DNA of 64,000 nucleotides from Candidatus Obscuribacterales bacterium (GTDB lineage Bacteria > Cyanobacteriota > Vampirovibrionia > Obscuribacterales > Obscuribacteraceae), in the NCBI GenBank assembly GCA_965228855.1, contig CBDDIJ010000003.1:480001-544000 (forward strand), given 5' to 3'. Made by a program: the position numbers and the translations under genes. Under the pieces are notes generated by a model. That model made no database searches. It had not been told where the DNA came from and saw only the letters and a program-made list of their open reading frames with translations. Below, in pieces: positions 54,985 to 64,000 of the stretch; position 1 is the first letter of the stretch; each line of letters begins with the position of its first letter.

Positions 54985-57429
54985 ATGGATGGTGTTAAGA
55001 GCGATTTGGAAGTGCAGACTATTTCCCTCGGCGTGAGGGATTTCGCACTACCAATTCCGCGGAGCGGCAGTATAGAGACTCATAGCGGTTACGGACCGTT
55101 GCCAATCACCGGGCAGGAGGTTCACGACGAGTTTTTGCGCAAACGCAAGGCTTCGCTGACTGCCTATCAGACAGAGTTGCGCATAAAGCACACATTCAGC
55201 CATGACGGCTATCAGATCGCTGTCAATGGACGTGTAGATGGCGTTGCCAGTCGGTTGAACTCAGGTTTTGACAACGTCTGCCTCGAGGAGGTTAAAACCG
55301 ATTTCAACGCTGAAGCGCTTGCACGCTTGTTGCGCGCAAATCCGCAACACCCTTACTGCATGCAGCTCCGAATGTATGGCTATATGTACTGGCTGGAGCA
55401 CAACTACGTCCCGGCTATGCAACTACTTGTGGTATCAATCCGCGATCAGAGTTTTGAAACTGTTTTAATTGAACTGAACCTTGAGGAGTTCGAAAGCTGG
55501 CTCGAATTGCGTATCAAGGAAGTAATCGCCGAGTACGTAGCCGAAGAGCGGATCATCGACCGCCGGATTTATCAAGCAGGCTTTCTCGCCTTTCCATTCG
55601 GTGCAGCTCGCGAAGGTCAGCAGGAATTGATGTCGGAGGTGAGCACCTGCGTAAAGAAAGGCAGCTCGCTAATGGTTCAGGCTCCGACCGGTTTAGGCAA
55701 GACGCTGGGCGTGATGTTTCCGGCCTTGCGCTCATCGCTTTCGCGCGGCTCTCAGTTGATCTATGTCACGCCGAAGAATAGTCAGCATGCCGTCGCGCGT
55801 GACGCGATTCAGAGGATGCAGAATGAAGGGAGTAAACTGAAAGCGCTTGTCTTGACCGCGAAGAAAAAGATGTGCCTCAAGGAGGAGACCATCTGCAATC
55901 CCGAGTACTGCGAGTTCGCTCGCGATTATTACGCGAAAATGGAGCGGCACGATGTAGTTAAGAAGTGCTCCAAGGTCGACATTCTCGATAGGCATCGTTT
56001 TATCAAGTACGCGAAGAAATATCAGGTTTGTCCGTTTGAACTTTCGCTCGATTGCATCAAACAGGTTGACGTGGTCGTTGGAGATTACAACTATGTTTTT
56101 TCTCCGTTCAACATCATGGGACGTTTTAGTCGTCAGATGACAGGCTCGATGGACAAACCGGATCTGGTTATTGATGAGGCTCATAATTTGCCAGGTCGCG
56201 CTTGCGGTTACTACTCGGCTGCGCTTTCCGTCACCTATCTCGAAGACCTTGCGAAGCGGATGGAGAATTTGCAGCCGTACATCTCAATTTCTGCACGAGC
56301 TGCGATTGCTGATGTCATTAATTGCATCAAGTCGCATAAACCGATGAAGACTTTGAACAATCGCGGCGACGGCGAAATTATCATCGACAAAGTTCAGTTT
56401 CTCATGCTGATGGCTAAAGTCGCTGAAATCTCAACGCGGCACATGGAAGGGCTGTTGGTGCCGCCTCTCAATGACCCTCTTCTTGAGCTGCATCGCACAC
56501 TCGATAGTTTTATCTCTGCATTATCGAATGCGGAGCGCCCCGAGTTCGTTTCACTGTATCAGGGCACCGCAGGCGGTACCTTGAAATTGGTATGCTGCGA
56601 TGCGTCGGACATGTTGAAAGATTCGTACCGCGCAGTTCGGTCTGTGGTCGGCTTTTCAGCTACACTCAAACCATTCCAATACTACAGCGACTTGATGGGT
56701 TTCGATTCCGCAAAGGTCGCAACCAAAGAATTCCAGTCGCCATTTCCAAAGGAGAATCGGAAACTGCTCGTGATACCGCAGATTTCTACGAAGTACTCCG
56801 ATCGAGAGAGGAACTACGGGAAGATCGCAGAGACCATCTCACGAATTACGGCTCTTCGGCAGGGTAATTACATAGTCTTCTTCCCGAGCTTTGATTTCCT
56901 CTGGAAGGTCAAATCTCTCGTGAACCTGCCTGGTTTCGAAATTCTCACGCAGCAGCGCGAGATGCCGCAAGCGACTACGGAACAGTACTTGAACACGCTG
57001 CGCTCGAACACAAATCCGGTGATACTATTTGCGGTGCAGGGCGGTGTCTTCTCCGAGGGCGTGGATTACGCCGGCGATATGCTGATAGGCACGATTATTG
57101 TCGGACCGGCTCTTCCAACTTACGATTTCGAGCGCGAAACCTTAATGCGCTACTATCAAAACAAATATGGCGACGGCAACGCGTACGCGTGCATCTATCC
57201 GGCTATGACGAAAGTTGTACAGAGTGCAGGACGGGTGATTCGGTCGCAGGACGAGCGCGGGTTGATTGTTTTGCTCGGACGCCGATTCATTGAAAAAGAT
57301 TATGTTGTTGCCATGCCGGGTGATTGGTACGATAAGTCAGTACAGGAGCTTGTCTCTTGCAGCATTCTGTCCGATATCGAGCAATTCTGGTCGAGAGAGG
57401 GTGTGGATGAACTCGTCCAGCAACGTTGA
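54985..57429 (+). CDS. DinG/XPD-family Fe-S helicase with N-terminal PD-(D/E)xK (RecB/Cas4-like) nuclease domain
   Basis: Nuclease motifs GQEVH, GRVDG, LEEVKT and QLRMY. Helicase motifs AREGQ, APTGLGKT, four Fe-S Cys (MC..IC..YC..VCP), IDEAH, SAT, FSEGVD and QSAGRVIR. Confidence 0.9.
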   Translation: MDGVKSDLEVQTISLGVRDFALPIPRSGSIETHSGYGPLPITGQEVHDEFLRKRKASLTAYQTELRIKHTFSHDGYQIAVNGRVDGVASRLNSGFDNVCLEEVKTDFNAEALARLLRANPQHPYCMQLRMYGYMYWLEHNYVPAMQLLVVSIRDQSFETVLIELNLEEFESWLELRIKEVIAEYVAEERIIDRRIYQAGFLAFPFGAAREGQQELMSEVSTCVKKGSSLMVQAPTGLGKTLGVMFPALRSSLSRGSQLIYVTPKNSQHAVARDAIQRMQNEGSKLKALVLTAKKKMCLKEETICNPEYCEFARDYYAKMERHDVVKKCSKVDILDRHRFIKYAKKYQVCPFELSLDCIKQVDVVVGDYNYVFSPFNIMGRFSRQMTGSMDKPDLVIDEAHNLPGRACGYYSAALSVTYLEDLAKRMENLQPYISISARAAIADVINCIKSHKPMKTLNNRGDGEIIIDKVQFLMLMAKVAEISTRHMEGLLVPPLNDPLLELHRTLDSFISALSNAERPEFVSLYQGTAGGTLKLVCCDASDMLKDSYRAVRSVVGFSATLKPFQYYSDLMGFDSAKVATKEFQSPFPKENRKLLVIPQISTKYSDRERNYGKIAETISRITALRQGNYIVFFPSFDFLWKVKSLVNLPGFEILTQQREMPQATTEQYLNTLRSNTNPVILFAVQGGVFSEGVDYAGDMLIGTIIVGPALPTYDFERETLMRYYQNKYGDGNAYACIYPAMTKVVQSAGRVIRSQDERGLIVLLGRRFIEKDYVVAMPGDWYDKSVQELVSCSILSDIEQFWSREGVDELVQQR

Positions 57430-59233
57430 GAACACGAGAATGGAGCTGTTCACTGGAGTTGAAGAACGCCCGGTGACGGGTTTGCGCGGGGCGAAACTAT
57501 CCGATCACATCTGTCTCTTCCTCGACTGCCAGACTACTGGCGCCAGTGTAACTAGCGGTGGAAACTTGCTTGAAGTGGCATGGTGCTACGGAGCGTCCGG
57601 CGACTTGAGCTCGGATGTTCATTCTTACCTGGTGAAACAACCTGACGAAATTCCGATTCCGGGTCGCATCCAGATGTTGACTGGTATCACGGATGATGAC
57701 ATGGTGGCTGGTGTCGAGTCCCGGGAAATTCTTGATTTCCTGTTGCAGAAGTCGCGCGAAATTTCAACTCCGCAGCTTTGTATCGCTCACTATGCGCGGT
57801 TTGAAACGCACTTCATGACTCACCTTGTGGAACAGCATGGCGATGGTGCAGATTGGCCGTTTCTCAATGTTTGCACTTTTGAGATTGCTCGCCGATTGTA
57901 TCCCAATCTGCCGTCACGCGGTATTCGCGCGCTAGGTGGCTATATCGGCTTGGATATGGAAGAAGTGAAGCGGTCGAATAGCCATGTTGCAGCCACTCGG
58001 GTGATCTGGCAACACCTTGTTGAACGTTTGGCTGAGGTCGGCGTTGAAACGCTAGATCAATTGCAAGAGTTTCTTGCCACCAAAGCTGGTGCTCGAACCG
58101 GCCCACCGGAGTACAAGTTGGAACGTCTGAAGCGTCTGGACTTGCCGAACTGCCCTGGTGTTTATCGCATGAAGAACCAGAGCGGGCGCATTCTTTATGT
58201 GGGCAAAGCAACGTCTCTGAAAAGCCGAGTAAACAGTCACTTCAGGGGGCGGAAAGGAAAGACTTCAAAGTCGAAGGAATTGCTTACCCAGGTCCACTCT
58301 ATTGATGTGACGGAGTGCGGATCTCCGCTTGAAGCGGCTTTGCTGGAAACCGACGAAATAAAACTCTACGACCCGCCATATAATGTTAGTTTGAAACAAA
58401 GAAACAGGAAGCTAGTTTTTGCCTCCTGGGATTTCTTGTCCTTCTGCGAGGAGCAGGACGAAGATCATGTTATTGGTCCGCTACCTAACTTACGCGCGCT
58501 CGATGCGCTTTTGCGATTGAATGAAACTATCAATAGCGGCGTGGTCGATCCTCATTTGCTTTTTGTGGAGATCCCTATGGAGGACCTCTCCGAGGGAGTT
58601 GCGATCTTTGTTGAGCGGCATGATATCTCTCTTGAGGAGGGAACCACTCCGCGTAGTCTTCTGGCTCTGGGTTTGCGATTTTTTAGATCTACGAAACGAT
58701 TGATGCGCCAACTGGCGATGCAACGCGCTCTCGAATTGGTGCTCGAACAGCGACGCAAAGATGCTGGACTGGAGGACGTCGAGCCCCCAACCAGCCCAGA
58801 AGTAGAGGAAACTGTTCTAGCTGAAGACGATGACGATTTTGACTTTGACGAGGATGACCTTACTCCTGAAGAGATTGCCACAAAATTGGAGTCGCTCCTG
58901 ACAAGCATTGCCAGAACCTACCTTGCTTCAAAAGATTTGACCTGTCTTCTCAATTCGAATATTCGGTTTAACTACAAGAAGAGTCGGCGCGAGGTTAGTG
59001 TTAGGAACGGGCAGATAGTCGATGGTTCTACTGCGAGCTCAATAAAGAAAAATAGTTCCGCAGCATATGGTGACATCGACGCTCTGTGCGACGAGGCGGT
59101 TCGAGACTGGGCTGGTTTGAACGTCAGAGACTATGATCGAATGCGGGTTTTGTTGACTGAAGTCACGAAAATGTCTCAAACACAGCCGGACGTCGAGATT
59201 GAGCCCCGACTGCGCTATTTGAGTCGCTGGTAG
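57407..59233 (+). CDS. DnaQ/DEDDh exonuclease-like domain fused to GIY-YIG (UvrC/Cho-like) endonuclease
   Basis: LDCQTTG, MLTGITDD and AHYARFE; PGVYRM..LYVGKATSLKSRV.SHF..EAALLE..EIK..PPYN. Overlaps the end of the helicase gene. Confidence 0.85.
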   Translation: MNSSSNVENTRMELFTGVEERPVTGLRGAKLSDHICLFLDCQTTGASVTSGGNLLEVAWCYGASGDLSSDVHSYLVKQPDEIPIPGRIQMLTGITDDDMVAGVESREILDFLLQKSREISTPQLCIAHYARFETHFMTHLVEQHGDGADWPFLNVCTFEIARRLYPNLPSRGIRALGGYIGLDMEEVKRSNSHVAATRVIWQHLVERLAEVGVETLDQLQEFLATKAGARTGPPEYKLERLKRLDLPNCPGVYRMKNQSGRILYVGKATSLKSRVNSHFRGRKGKTSKSKELLTQVHSIDVTECGSPLEAALLETDEIKLYDPPYNVSLKQRNRKLVFASWDFLSFCEEQDEDHVIGPLPNLRALDALLRLNETINSGVVDPHLLFVEIPMEDLSEGVAIFVERHDISLEEGTTPRSLLALGLRFFRSTKRLMRQLAMQRALELVLEQRRKDAGLEDVEPPTSPEVEETVLAEDDDDFDFDEDDLTPEEIATKLESLLTSIARTYLASKDLTCLLNSNIRFNYKKSRREVSVRNGQIVDGSTASSIKKNSSAAYGDIDALCDEAVRDWAGLNVRDYDRMRVLLTEVTKMSQTQPDVEIEPRLRYLSRW

Positions 59234-59462
59234 AGCAGTAGGTTTCTTCGCCCACACTCAGGGGACCGTTGTCTTGCGCTCTCATTGGTCTGGCGCGCGG
59301 TTTTGGAACATTTGCAGTCAAAACGGTTTCTTCGAATGAATTTTGAAAGAACTGTGAGTTTATAATATTCGAATTATTGAATGTATTGCTCGCAGGGCGT
59401 TTAGCGTTCTGCCGGCTTTGCTCGAAATAAGTGCTCCTTTCACCTCAAGAAGGATAGTTAAA

Positions 59463-61094
59463 ATGCTGAAAACCCTTCCTAGCAACGTTGTTGGCGATGT
59501 TATGGGTGGAATGATGACCGCCGTGGTGGCACTTCCAGTTGCCATGGCTTTCGGCGTTGCATCCGGTCTTGGTGCCGCTGCGGGCCTATACGGCGCCATG
59601 TGTTGCGGACTTCTGGCATCGGTCTTCGGCGGGACTAAGGGGCAGCAGTCCGGACCCACCGGACCTGTAGCCGTAATTATCGCGACGTTGCTAATAGATT
59701 GTGGTGGCAATCTTCCTGTGGTTTTTGCCGCCATTATTCTTGGTGGCATTTTGCAAATCGCAGCGGGAAAATTGAAGTGGGGAGAACTCGTGCGATATCT
59801 CCCGTATCCGGTGATTTCTGGATTTATGACCGGCATCGCAGCAATAATAATTTTGCTGCAGATTAATCCGCTGTTTGGAATCAAAGGCAGCAAGCAGGTA
59901 ATGGAGTCCATACAGAGCTTTCCAAACATTCTCCTTCACATGAAAGTCGAAGCTCTGTTAATTGGATTGCTGACATTCGCAATCATCTTCATCACCAAAC
60001 TCATATCCAAGAAACTGCCGGCATCACTTATTGCGCTGGTTGTCGCAAGCGTAGCAAGTGTGGTGCTGAATTTAGACATCCCTAGAATCGGAGAGATACC
60101 TGGTCAGCTGCCGGTGCCCTCGCTTCCAGTCGTCGACTTGAAAGCTATAACCATAATCGTAAGTGGTGGCGTGACTATTGCCCTTCTAGGCTCAATAGAT
60201 TCTCTATTGACGTCGCTAATTGCCGACAAAATTTTGCATACCAATCACGATAGCAATAAGGAACTCGTCGGTCAGGGCATTGGCAACATCGTTGCCGGCT
60301 TAATGGGCGGAATGGCGGGAGCTGGATCAACTACACGAACTCTTGCCAATATTGACGCGGGAGGTCGCACGCCTCTTTCCGGCGTTATCTATGCGGCAAT
60401 CATTCTTACCGTGATCACTGCTCTTGGTGGCGTCGCCGCTCAGATACCGTTGAGTTCGCTGGCTGCAATATTGATTGTCCTCGGTTTTGGAATCGTTGAC
60501 TGGCGTTCTCTGAGTCATGTTAAAAAGGCGCCGAGATCCGATGTTTTAGTCATGTCAGTTGTTTTATTCATGACCGTTTTCATTGATTTGATCTCTGCTG
60601 TTTTGCTCGGAATGGCGCTCGCATCAGTTCTCTTTGTCAAAAAGATTACCGATGTTCATCTTTCGGACTTCGGGTCACTGGAAAGCAAGTCCGAACTCAA
60701 CCATTTGTTCGACATGCTTCCGCTCAACAGTTTGAGAGAAACCTTCATGTACTCGTTTGACGGTCCAATCTTCTTTGGCGAAACTAAAAACCTGGCAAAA
60801 GCGCTTAAGGCAGCCGATAATGCACAAACATTGATTCTTAACTTCGAGCATGCCCATCACTTTATTGACCAGAGCTGCTGCTATTACCTTGAGGACCTTA
60901 TTGGCGGTTTCCGTAAAAGTGGCCGTCTAGTGCTTGTGCTTGGGCTTGACGGTGATATCAAGGCTGGACTCGAGCGCATGGAATGTCAGCTTGTACTGGA
61001 CAGTGAATTTGTGGTCTCCGGCTGGAGCGAGGCTGTCGAAAAAATTAAATCTAAGTCCGAGAATTTAAGCCTGGCTGGATCTCAAACCGCTTAA
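59463..61094 (+). CDS. SulP/SLC26 anion (bicarbonate/sulfate) transporter with STAS domain
   Basis: GDVMGG..AVVALP.AMAFG.ASG, SGPTGP, PYPVISGFM, SIDSLLT, ELVGQG and DGPIFFG. Confidence 0.94.
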   Translation: MLKTLPSNVVGDVMGGMMTAVVALPVAMAFGVASGLGAAAGLYGAMCCGLLASVFGGTKGQQSGPTGPVAVIIATLLIDCGGNLPVVFAAIILGGILQIAAGKLKWGELVRYLPYPVISGFMTGIAAIIILLQINPLFGIKGSKQVMESIQSFPNILLHMKVEALLIGLLTFAIIFITKLISKKLPASLIALVVASVASVVLNLDIPRIGEIPGQLPVPSLPVVDLKAITIIVSGGVTIALLGSIDSLLTSLIADKILHTNHDSNKELVGQGIGNIVAGLMGGMAGAGSTTRTLANIDAGGRTPLSGVIYAAIILTVITALGGVAAQIPLSSLAAILIVLGFGIVDWRSLSHVKKAPRSDVLVMSVVLFMTVFIDLISAVLLGMALASVLFVKKITDVHLSDFGSLESKSELNHLFDMLPLNSLRETFMYSFDGPIFFGETKNLAKALKAADNAQTLILNFEHAHHFIDQSCCYYLEDLIGGFRKSGRLVLVLGLDGDIKAGLERMECQLVLDSEFVVSGWSEAVEKIKSKSENLSLAGSQTA

Positions 61095-61210
61095 TATCCG
61101 ATGAATCTTGCCTCCAAGAGTAATAAAATCTAGACTGAGCGACTGATTCCTTGCAAGAAACAGTCGGCAATGTTGTCAATCCCTGCATGATGCGGGCTTG
61201 GAGTGCTTTC

Positions 61211-62548
61211 ATGAATTTCAATCAGATCAATCAAAACATCCCCGAGGAGGTCAAGCAGATCATCCGCCATTCGAGCGAGGAAGAGGTCGTTGAGATCATG
61301 CTTCAGTCTCTGAAAATGGCGCTTGAAAATCCGGACGAGATGGCTAAGGCTATGCCCGGCATGCCGAAGCAGATGATGGACAGCATGAAGCTTTTCCCGA
61401 AAACGGACGCTACGTTGCGTCCGATGGCTAAGGCCATGGCTAAGCTCTTGATTCAGCAAGTGAAGCACGGCAAGAATCCTACCGAAGAAGAAGTCAACAA
61501 AGCTGTCACTGAGGCGCTATTTGGCGGCGGTGGCATCCCCGGAATGGGTGGCATGGGCGGACTTCCAGGGATGGCTGGACTGGGTGGTTTGCCCGGTATG
61601 GGAGCTCTTCCCGGTATGCCGGGAACAGGTGGCATACCCAATACTCCTGCCGCACAGCGAGCCATTCCGCAAGGTCCGCCGTTAGATCTGGAAGTCGCTT
61701 CTAAGGTCGACACGTTTATTTCAAACGGCAAGAATCGACTTGCGGAGCAGGAGTTCGAAGAGTCGGAAAAAGAGTTCGCGAAGGCGATTGAACTTCTCGA
61801 TGAGCATCAGCCGGAAGGTGACCTGATTTTTACTGCGCTTCAGCATCAGTCCATTGCCCAACTGGAGCAAGCTGAATACCTCAAAGCTGAGCCTGTTTTG
61901 AAGCGCTGGTTGAGACTCGGTGAGAAGATCTACTCTCCTGAACATCCGCTGCTTGCTGGTGCCTATCTCGGTCTCGCTCGCGTGCGCGAAAGCCAGCAGA
62001 AGATGGATGATGCTGAATTGTTATACAAGCGAGCGTTGGCAATTGCTGAGCGCAATGGAGAACAAGACCCTGAGGCGTTCACCGCAACTATTGATTCTGT
62101 CGCATACTTCTACGAATCACGAAAGCGCCACAAGAAAGCAGACCCGCTTTTTGAGAGATCTTATGAAGTCAGGAAAAGTGCATACGGTGAAAAGTCGCTT
62201 GAAGTCGCCGATTTCGAGATTGAGTATGCTCTCGTTCTGAACGAGCGTGCGCAGCATGAGGATGCGGTGAAGTGGTGCCAGCGCGCGATCGAAACCAAAG
62301 AAGCGGAACTTGGAGATCAAGACCCCGAGACCATCGAAGCGGTTGTCCAACTGGCTGAAATTTATTTCGATGCTAAAGACTTCGATGCCGCCGACAAAAT
62401 CTTGGTCGCAGTTATCGACAAGATGACGCCGTGCGCCGAGGGACGATTCGAAGCAATCGAACTGCGTGCCCAGGTGCTTCGTGAAGCGGGTCGCGACGCT
62501 GAGGCCGCCGAGCTCGAAAAGGAACTCAGCGCTGCGGAAGAGTCCTAG
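61211..62548 (+). CDS. TPR-repeat protein with Met-rich N-domain and GGLPGM linker
   Basis: Kinesin-light-chain-type TPRs (AEPVLKRWL..GEK..SPEHP, AELLYKRALAI) and GGxPGM repeats. Confidence 0.85.
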   Translation: MNFNQINQNIPEEVKQIIRHSSEEEVVEIMLQSLKMALENPDEMAKAMPGMPKQMMDSMKLFPKTDATLRPMAKAMAKLLIQQVKHGKNPTEEEVNKAVTEALFGGGGIPGMGGMGGLPGMAGLGGLPGMGALPGMPGTGGIPNTPAAQRAIPQGPPLDLEVASKVDTFISNGKNRLAEQEFEESEKEFAKAIELLDEHQPEGDLIFTALQHQSIAQLEQAEYLKAEPVLKRWLRLGEKIYSPEHPLLAGAYLGLARVRESQQKMDDAELLYKRALAIAERNGEQDPEAFTATIDSVAYFYESRKRHKKADPLFERSYEVRKSAYGEKSLEVADFEIEYALVLNERAQHEDAVKWCQRAIETKEAELGDQDPETIEAVVQLAEIYFDAKDFDAADKILVAVIDKMTPCAEGRFEAIELRAQVLREAGRDAEAAELEKELSAAEES

Positions 62549-62569
62549 TTTAACTGGTTCGACAAATGC

Positions 62570-62803
62570 TTATAGCGTCGACTTTCCGGAGTCGGCGATT
62601 GACAGTGAATCGAATTGGTTTACGAACTGGCTGGCGACTGTAGAGACAGTCGAGAGCATTCCGCCCTGAAACGCTGCGAACAGTGCGAACAATGCGATAG
62701 CGGCGACAAGGTACAGGTTGCCGTGATCGGTGCTTCCGCTTCCGTCTTCTTCGATTATGAATTGGGCTACGTGTGCCAACATCAACCCTGCTCCAGAGAT
62801 CAT
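62570..62803 (-). CDS. Small hypothetical membrane protein (Flp-pilin-like layout, uncertain)
   Basis: FIIEEDGSGSTD followed by one hydrophobic helix loosely resembles the F..DE.G.T..EY prepilin pattern, but the EY is missing. Confidence 0.4.
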   Translation of the reverse strand: MISGAGLMLAHVAQFIIEEDGSGSTDHGNLYLVAAIALFALFAAFQGGMLSTVSTVASQFVNQFDSLSIADSGKSTL

Positions 62804-62878
62804 GGTTTTCCAGACTACGCGATGAGTATATTAAACTCGTCAGTAGCTGACAACACGGAAATTACGCACAATTTATCC

Positions 62879-64000
62879 TTAGCCGCCGCTGAATTGGACT
62901 TGAACGGGCGCTGACTGTGGGCTGGCATTCGCTTTGCTAAGCGTACTATGAAGTATCGCTGCTGCAATGATCCCAACTCCCAGCGTGATTCCACCGCCGT
63001 TGAGGAAACGAGCGCCGCGTCCAGCCGTTGTGGCTTCCGATTTGACGGGAACTCCGAGGTCTGCGCGTAGCCGGTTGAAGAGTTCAATCTTTGCCTCTTC
63101 CTGGGCGACGGCGTCAAGTGAATTGAAGTGGTCGCGCACTTGTTGCCACTTGGCTCTCTCTTCGGAGGTTTTAGTCGAGTCGTGAGCAGCTGTTTCGAAT
63201 ATTTTTGCAATGTCCTCGATTCCGAGCTCACGCTCCATAGTGTTTAACATTCTCGGTACGTCTCGCTTCGCGACCTTAGCTATTAAACCGCCAGGCAGTT
63301 GAATTTCGACTCGCTTCGCTTGCTCCATGGCGGCTTCGGGGCGTTGAAGTTGCGGGCTTGAATCCCCTTGAGCGTTTTGAAAAGGCGATGTTTCGATTGG
63401 AATCTCGTCCACCGCCGGCGGTGGCACCACCCGTGTTTCTATTCTTGGTCTGTTAATGTTTTCATTTGCGTAATTGCGCTGTTCAGCCAGCCGTTGCTTC
63501 AGATCTTCGACTCGTCTTCCGGATGCTCTGATCTCACTTTCTGCAAGGCGAAGACGCTCTTCAAGCTTAGCTTCTCTCGTTTCGGCCTCTGTCTTTTCGC
63601 TGCCTGCGCTATCCCGTTCTGTCTCCGTTTGTTGTAACCGTTCCCTGAGAGCGCTCTCGCGTTGTTGCGACTCTGCGCGTTCCTGTGCGGCTTTGACCGC
63701 GTCTGCTTCTCTCGCCGCCTGCATATCTCTGAGTTGTTGCTCCAGTTCTGCCTGCCGTTTCTGAGCCGCCTTCAGGTGTGAATCTGACTCGGTTCGCTCT
63801 CGCTGGGCGTCGGCAAGAGTAGTTTCCAACTCAGAAACTTTTTCTTTGGCTGATGCTCCTTCTGTTTCAGATTTTTGGAGAGCTGTCTCCAGTTCAGTGA
63901 CTCTTGAGTTCGACGCATCAAGTTGTTTTGTGAGTTTCTCGGTTGTCTCTGTTTTCGCGGTTTGCGCCTGCTCCAATTGCGTCGACAAGTCAGTAATGCG
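62879..64000 (-). CDS. C-terminal part of a long coiled-coil protein (5' end outside the window)
   Basis: The frame is open to the window edge; E/Q/A/K-rich heptad pattern and a hydrophobic segment near the C-terminus. Confidence 0.8.
   Translation of the reverse strand, partial: RITDLSTQLEQAQTAKTETTEKLTKQLDASNSRVTELETALQKSETEGASAKEKVSELETTLADAQRERTESDSHLKAAQKRQAELEQQLRDMQAAREADAVKAAQERAESQQRESALRERLQQTETERDSAGSEKTEAETREAKLEERLRLAESEIRASGRRVEDLKQRLAEQRNYANENINRPRIETRVVPPPAVDEIPIETSPFQNAQGDSSPQLQRPEAAMEQAKRVEIQLPGGLIAKVAKRDVPRMLNTMERELGIEDIAKIFETAAHDSTKTSEERAKWQQVRDHFNSLDAVAQEEAKIELFNRLRADLGVPVKSEATTAGRGARFLNGGGITLGVGIIAAAILHSTLSKANASPQSAPVQVQFSGG

Noticed and set aside
54985..57429. DinG with a Cas4-like domain as part of a type IV CRISPR system
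   Set aside because: No cas genes or array nearby; nuclease-DinG fusions also occur as stand-alone repair helicases.
1..64000. CRISPR array, tRNA/rRNA, transposase, integrase or prophage genes
   Set aside because: No regularly spaced repeats, cloverleaf-compatible sequences or recognisable mobile-element proteins were seen by eye; a tRNAscan/Infernal run would be needed to be certain.

Overview
Gene-dense bacterial chromosomal window of about 45 CDS. I saw no rRNA, tRNA, CRISPR array, transposase or phage genes. The gene content suggests a non-photosynthetic cyanobacterial relative (Melainabacteria, Obscuribacterales-like): many TPR proteins, Hanks-type kinases with a CxxC...CPxD linker, membrane His kinases, an SLH protein and glycogen genes. 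This is inference, not a database result. Recognisable housekeeping genes: ppk1, glgX, glgP, rbsK, a FadJ/FadB-type enzyme, dnaK, MscS, SulP, a bestrophin and a Dam-family methylase. The most striking observation is a tandem, overlapping pair of paralogous membrane histidine kinases (29244-32175) with complementary defects. One keeps the phospho-acceptor His but has lost its ATP-binding boxes; the other has intact ATP-binding boxes but Asp in place of the His. This suggests an obligate heterodimeric 'split' sensor kinase. Other highlights: a ~230-bp non-coding element present twice (~87% identical, 36824-37054 and 39115-39346), a strongly structured leader upstream of ribokinase, an in-frame UGA at codon 3 of a ~1060-codon thioredoxin-domain ORF, a sigma-70 region 4/SF1 helicase fusion, an NDH-2/cNMP/CBS fusion, and a nuclease-DinG plus dead-exonuclease/GIY-YIG pair. 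All calls come from reading motifs by eye; no searches were run.
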